A DNA stretch of 64,000 bases from positions 64,001 to 128,000 of the forward strand of contig JBIPSI010000014.1 of the NCBI GenBank assembly GCA_044070495.1, given 5' to 3'. The notes under the pieces were generated by a model. That model saw only the letters and a list, made by a program, of their open reading frames with translations. It was not told where the DNA came from and ran no database searches. Positions 59,629 through 64,000 of the stretch are shown one piece after another (the first letter of the stretch is position 1; each line of letters opens with the position of its first letter). A program made the translations under genes and the position numbers. This DNA is from Spirulina sp. (GTDB lineage Bacteria > Cyanobacteriota > Cyanobacteriia > Phormidesmidales > Phormidesmidaceae).

Positions 59629-59823
59629 CTAGGCGGGATGGATTGTTTGTCGTAGATCAGATTTTGCGCGATTCCGTTTCGGAGACAGACAAACAACTTC
59701 TCGACCTCCCTCCGCTTGTTTTTTCTGCCAATCGGCAAACATGGCATCTAAATCATAGTTAAAAGATTTAGCATGTTCTTCGCGAATCTCATGGATTTTG
59801 TCAAGAATCTCATCTTGCATCAT
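59629..59823 (-). CDS. Small putative antitoxin
   Basis: QDEILDKIHEIREEHAKSFNYDLDAMFAD, a type commonly found downstream of such PIN genes. Confidence 0.65.
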   Translation of the reverse strand: MMQDEILDKIHEIREEHAKSFNYDLDAMFADWQKKQAEGGREVVCLSPKRNRAKSDLRQTIHPA

Positions 59824-59826
59824 GGC

Positions 59827-60300
59827 TCAATCTCCTAATAACTCGTAGGGCGTACAAATCACGGGTAGCTGATATCCAAAGTCAAGGCTAACCTCTTCAA
59901 GCTTTCTTTGAATTTTTGCGTTAGCAATGTGCTTACAATTCCAAGTTAGCAGGTAATCTAAGCCATGGACGGTAGCGGCTGCGATGTGTACGGCATCATC
60001 AGAAGCTTTGGGAGGAAGATTGCTTCGTTCGAGAAATTGTCCCGCCAGATTCTTGACAGACTGATTAAGTTCTACCAAGGGGACACCATTAAGTATTTCG
60101 ATCCGTTTTGGTGCAATCTCCTGATCTCCTCGTCCTACCTCATCTAGAACAACTTGTGAAATATAAAGTGAAAACGTGTGTCTATATTGATCCCACCACT
60201 CTTTCGTCACCTCGATATTGGCTGCCAAAATTAGATTTCTGGTTGATCTGGCCGTTAGATATCCCAAGATGCTGGTTTCGATATAGACGGTTTCACTCAT
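59827..60300 (-). CDS. VapC/PIN-domain toxin
   Basis: VYIETSILGYL, DAVHIAAA, DYLLTWNCKHIAN, ICTPYEL. Confidence 0.85.
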   Translation of the reverse strand: MSETVYIETSILGYLTARSTRNLILAANIEVTKEWWDQYRHTFSLYISQVVLDEVGRGDQEIAPKRIEILNGVPLVELNQSVKNLAGQFLERSNLPPKASDDAVHIAAATVHGLDYLLTWNCKHIANAKIQRKLEEVSLDFGYQLPVICTPYELLGD

Positions 60301-60322
60301 TATTTCATCGATCACTCAGTAG

Positions 60323-60964
60323 CTAGGTAATATTCCATGCGATTGATAGCCAGGGTTGAATCACATTCAAAATCGTCAAATCTTCCCCGGCTCTGAGGAG
60401 TCGATCTGCGCTGATGTGGACGCCAAATTCGGCGGCAAGTTGTGCCCCTAGGGTGCCGTGGGCGAACATCAACACAAAAATGCCCAGCCCCGCCACCAGG
60501 TACGACCACTGCACCTGTCGCGCCCGATCTTTCCGCCATACGTAGCGCTGAAAGCCTCGCCAAATGGCCATCCCGGTAATCAACGCCAGCAGCAGCACGC
60601 CGCCCACCCCGTGCCAGAGCATGGTTTCCAGGCTTTCTAGACCCCAGGCACTGGTGCCGTCGCTGGGGGGTTGGGCCAACAGCATTTCGTAGAAGCCCGC
60701 CGCCACCGTGGGGAAGGTGATCACCGCCGCCGCCACCATGTTGAACCAGCCCACATCGTAAAAGTTGGAGGAGCTGGCCGGAATCGCCAAAAACTTGAAC
60801 ACCCGCTTTTCTAGCGGGAACAGCGCCCCCACAATATCGAAGCTGATGGCGACGATAAATAACCCCAGCGTCAGGTGTACCAGGTTGGGATGAATGGGCA
60901 CCACGTAGGGCAACCCATTTGGCCCCAGTTGGTTAGCGATTTGGTCAATCAAATCGGGATTCAT
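60323..60964 (-). CDS. DUF2231 membrane protein
   Basis: PIHPNLVHLTLG, WHGVGG, LGAQLAAEFGVH. Confidence 0.85.
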   Translation of the reverse strand: MNPDLIDQIANQLGPNGLPYVVPIHPNLVHLTLGLFIVAISFDIVGALFPLEKRVFKFLAIPASSSNFYDVGWFNMVAAAVITFPTVAAGFYEMLLAQPPSDGTSAWGLESLETMLWHGVGGVLLLALITGMAIWRGFQRYVWRKDRARQVQWSYLVAGLGIFVLMFAHGTLGAQLAAEFGVHISADRLLRAGEDLTILNVIQPWLSIAWNIT

Positions 60965-61464
60965 TACAGCACTCCGTCACGAATTGCTTCCACCACTTCC
61001 ACGGTATGGAGGCCGTAGATCCATACCAGTTTGTCGCCCAGGTAGGTCTGAACCAGCACTAGCCCCGTCAGCAGCCCGCCGACGCCTAGGTAAGCGATGG
61101 GAAGAGACTTGGGGTCATTATTCCGCAGGATGTAGCGCCAGCCCGTAATGGCGGCGATGATCCCCGACAGCCCCCAGCCCAAAATTGTATGCAGGTTGAG
61201 GGTCGATTCTGCCGAGGGCAGGTAGGGCGTGGCCAAACCCGCCTCCACTTGGCCAAAGATGACGGCAATAAAAATCGACACCGTGGCAAAGGCCATATTC
61301 CACCAGCTCACCTCGTAGTAGCGGGGATTTTTGGTGAGGGTGCCCACCACATCGCACACAAAGGCGAACAGGGCCATGGCGATGACGAAATGCACCACGA
61401 TGGGGTGGATGGTGTCGGGGTAGGGCAGGTTGTGGTCGTTGAGGGGGGGCAGATACTCAAACAC
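60964..61464 (-). CDS. DUF2231 membrane protein
   Basis: TIHPIVVHFVIA, HTILGW, LGDKLVWIYGLH. TAATG coupling to the next gene. Confidence 0.85.
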   Translation of the reverse strand: MFEYLPPLNDHNLPYPDTIHPIVVHFVIAMALFAFVCDVVGTLTKNPRYYEVSWWNMAFATVSIFIAVIFGQVEAGLATPYLPSAESTLNLHTILGWGLSGIIAAITGWRYILRNNDPKSLPIAYLGVGGLLTGLVLVQTYLGDKLVWIYGLHTVEVVEAIRDGVL

Positions 61465-61801
61465 GGGATGTCCTGGGTAGGGAAGGTCCTAGGTTGTGGC
61501 CATGGGTCGTAGCCATTCAGAGCGCCACTGGGGCAAGCTGGCCTGAGGATAGCAAGCCGTTGCTTATAGGGTAAGTATCCTAGCTGTCACCTGCCAGAAA
61601 AATCTCACCTTAGCCAGGGATTTTCCCACTGACCTTCTGGGTGAAGGGCGAAATTTTATGAAATGTTAACGCCCCCGCCGTCTAAAACCAGACCTCTGGG
61701 GCCAACCTCAACGATCTTGAAGGCTCTATCCCGACAGGCCCAGGGTTAACAGGTGGGCAAGATACAATGGCCCTAGGTCACCTGTAACCTAGGGCGACAA
61801 G

Positions 61802-62377
61802 ATGCCGCTAACCCTTTCCCACTCCTCCTTACTAGCCCCCTATCGCTGGACGGTGGATCGCTACCACCGAGCGGTGGAAGCAGGCGTGTTTGAGGGGCAA
61901 CCCTTGGAACTTTTGGATGGAGTCTTGGTTGAAATGTCGCCAGAGGGAATTCCCCATGCTGGGTTAAGCAGCGATGCGGCGGATTATCTACGCAGCCAAC
62001 TAGGGAATCGAGCAAAAGTGCGGGAGGCTAAGCCCATCACGCTACCCAACGACTCGGAGCCGGAGCCGGATATCGCTATTGTGCAACCCTTAGGGGAGGT
62101 GTATAAAACCGAGCGCCATCCCACCGTGGCCGACATTTTTTGGGTGATGGAGTACGCCAACACCAGCTTAGAAAAAGACCTATCGGTAAAAGATAAGATT
62201 TACGCGGCGGCAGGGATTTCAGAATATTGGGTTGTTAACCTTAAAAGCCGTTCTCTGATCGTTTTTCGTCATCCTAAAAATGGGGTTTATCAATCCCGTG
62301 TCACCCTAGCAGACGGAACCCTTTGCCCCGAGTGTTTTCCCGATCTATCCCTAGAGGTGGATCGTCTCCTACGATAA
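61802..62377 (+). CDS. Uma2-family endonuclease
   Basis: WTVDRYHR, ELLDG, SEPEPDIAIV, KIYAAAGISEYWVVNL. Confidence 0.92.
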   Translation: MPLTLSHSSLLAPYRWTVDRYHRAVEAGVFEGQPLELLDGVLVEMSPEGIPHAGLSSDAADYLRSQLGNRAKVREAKPITLPNDSEPEPDIAIVQPLGEVYKTERHPTVADIFWVMEYANTSLEKDLSVKDKIYAAAGISEYWVVNLKSRSLIVFRHPKNGVYQSRVTLADGTLCPECFPDLSLEVDRLLR

Positions 62378-62408
62378 TTCCCTCTAAAAACCTCGGTTAG
62401 GACAACCC

Positions 62409-63815
62409 CTATGGGTTTAGCATCACCTCCCGATAGTGGGGTTCAACGGGGTGGTGCTGAGTTTGGGCAGAGTCTTTGGCCATGGACTGGTGACGTAGGG
62501 CGTGGTGCAGCTCCTCAAGATTTAGAGTTAGCAAACGCCCCTGGTCAACCAATGGGCGACCCTGCACCCAGGCGGCTTCGACCACTTCCGTTGGTCTTCC
62601 CAGCACCAGCAGTTGGGCAGGATTCGTACAGGGCAGCAGGGAGGGATGATCGAGGTTGTAGAGCACCAGATCGGCCTCTAACCCAGGGGCAATGCGGCCC
62701 GTGCGATCCGCCAAATTCACGCCCTTGGCACCGCCCACCGTGGCCATGGTTAAGGCCTGTTCTGGGGTGATCCAGTGTTCGTAGTCATCGTCGGTGACGG
62801 TGTGGAGAATGGTGCCAAGCTTGATGGCCTCCAGCAGGTTTTGGGCATCGTTGCTGGCGGCCCCATCGCAGCCAAAGGACACATTTAGCCCCCGTTCTAT
62901 ACATTTCAGAATCGGTGCAAGGCCACTGCCTAGGCGCAGGTTGCTAACGGGGTTATGCACTAGGGTTGCCCCAGACTGGGCCATGACATCAATGTCGGAT
63001 TCATCAATCCAAACCCCGTGGGCCAGGGAAGTCCGGGAACTAAGACAACCGAGATTGTCCAGGTGTTGCACCGCACTGATGCCATAGCGTTCCTGGGCTA
63101 GGCGATGCTGGGCGCGGGTTTCTAAGAGATGGGTGTGGTAACAGAGGTCGTAGCGCTGGCTGAGGTCGCCACAACCGGCCAGCAGTTCATCGGAACAGCG
63201 GTGAAACCCCGTTGGTCCCACGCCGATGTAAATGCCGTTGTCGGGATCGTGGAACTCGGCCACCATGGCCTCCATCATGGCCAACAGTTGACTGGCGGAC
63301 TTGGGGGAGGCCGACTGGGGCAACAGACACCCCTTAGGAAAGCCGGAGGCAAAGGGTAAATCCATAATCAGCGGGGCCACTACGGCGCGAACCCCCACCG
63401 TTTTATAGCCCCGCACCAGGGCCGCCACGGTTTCCACTTCCTGCCCCGGAATCACGTAGGCATGATCCACCACGCAGGTGCCGCCGGAGAGCAGGGTATC
63501 CACCGCCGTGCTCACGGCTCCCCAATAAAGCTGATTCAGTTGCCGAGGGGTAGACTCAAACACGTTGGCCAGCCACAGTTCCAACGGCAATTGGGGAATC
63601 AGCCCCCGCTGCCACACCTGGGAAGAATGGGTATGGCCATTCACAAACCCCGCTAGCAGCAACTTGTTTCGCCCGTTGATGACCTGATCCGCCGCCGTTG
63701 GGGGTAATGTGCCCGCTGGGGCTACCGCTTCAATGTGCTTCCCCGCCAACCAAACATCCACCACCGCTAGGTCGTCATTTTGTAGCGTCAGGACGGATTC
63801 AATCAGCGTTTGCAT
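62409..63815 (-). CDS. Amidohydrolase (5'-deoxyadenosine/triazine deaminase-like)
   Basis: GFVNGHTHS, HTHLLET, LAHGVW, HNPVSNLRLGSG, GCDGAASN. Confidence 0.9.
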   Translation of the reverse strand: MQTLIESVLTLQNDDLAVVDVWLAGKHIEAVAPAGTLPPTAADQVINGRNKLLLAGFVNGHTHSSQVWQRGLIPQLPLELWLANVFESTPRQLNQLYWGAVSTAVDTLLSGGTCVVDHAYVIPGQEVETVAALVRGYKTVGVRAVVAPLIMDLPFASGFPKGCLLPQSASPKSASQLLAMMEAMVAEFHDPDNGIYIGVGPTGFHRCSDELLAGCGDLSQRYDLCYHTHLLETRAQHRLAQERYGISAVQHLDNLGCLSSRTSLAHGVWIDESDIDVMAQSGATLVHNPVSNLRLGSGLAPILKCIERGLNVSFGCDGAASNDAQNLLEAIKLGTILHTVTDDDYEHWITPEQALTMATVGGAKGVNLADRTGRIAPGLEADLVLYNLDHPSLLPCTNPAQLLVLGRPTEVVEAAWVQGRPLVDQGRLLTLNLEELHHALRHQSMAKDSAQTQHHPVEPHYREVMLNP

Positions 63816-64000
63816 GGGGATGGATGGCAAAGATGGCTAATACAGTAGCGCATACCCAGGGGCCATCTGGTGGCGATCACTACACCTTAATCTTGAGTCG
63901 TTCCGTTGAGGGCTTGTTTTGATTGGGTTCCAGCGTTGGGTTGGAGGCAACGCAACGCTAGGAGCCTGAACCGGAATCAAGTTAAAGTGCATCGGAAAGC

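Overview
64 kb of a GC-rich chromosome from a cyanobacterium, probably a filamentous Leptolyngbya/Nodosilinea-like taxon (inferred from form IB rbcL-rbcX-rbcS, a hetF homologue, ARTO-type ctaCDE and cyanobacterial repeat families). Housekeeping genes: recJ (5'-truncated, with a long C-terminal extension), hemC, hetF, rbcLXS, ggt, queG and the DUF2231-DUF2231-ctaC-ctaD-ctaE alternative oxidase operon. Accessory content: a PotABCD-like ABC importer with two Tat-lipoprotein binding proteins and a candidate NtcA box, four toxin-antitoxin pairs, a decayed CzcA/CusA efflux locus, proteases and lipases, and many REP hairpins, MITEs and gene remnants. No rRNA, tRNA or CRISPR array was seen. Most notable: (1) a DUF4157 (eCIS-core) protein with an AT-rich C-terminal atypical kinase domain and no immunity gene, a candidate secreted kinase effector; (2) near-absence of HIP1 with apparent enrichment of the palindrome CYCTAGRG; (3) a PlsY / PEP-utilising dikinase fusion; (4) 130-bp MITEs with 9-bp target duplications carrying REP hairpins. 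All assignments are by eye from motifs; no database searches were run.
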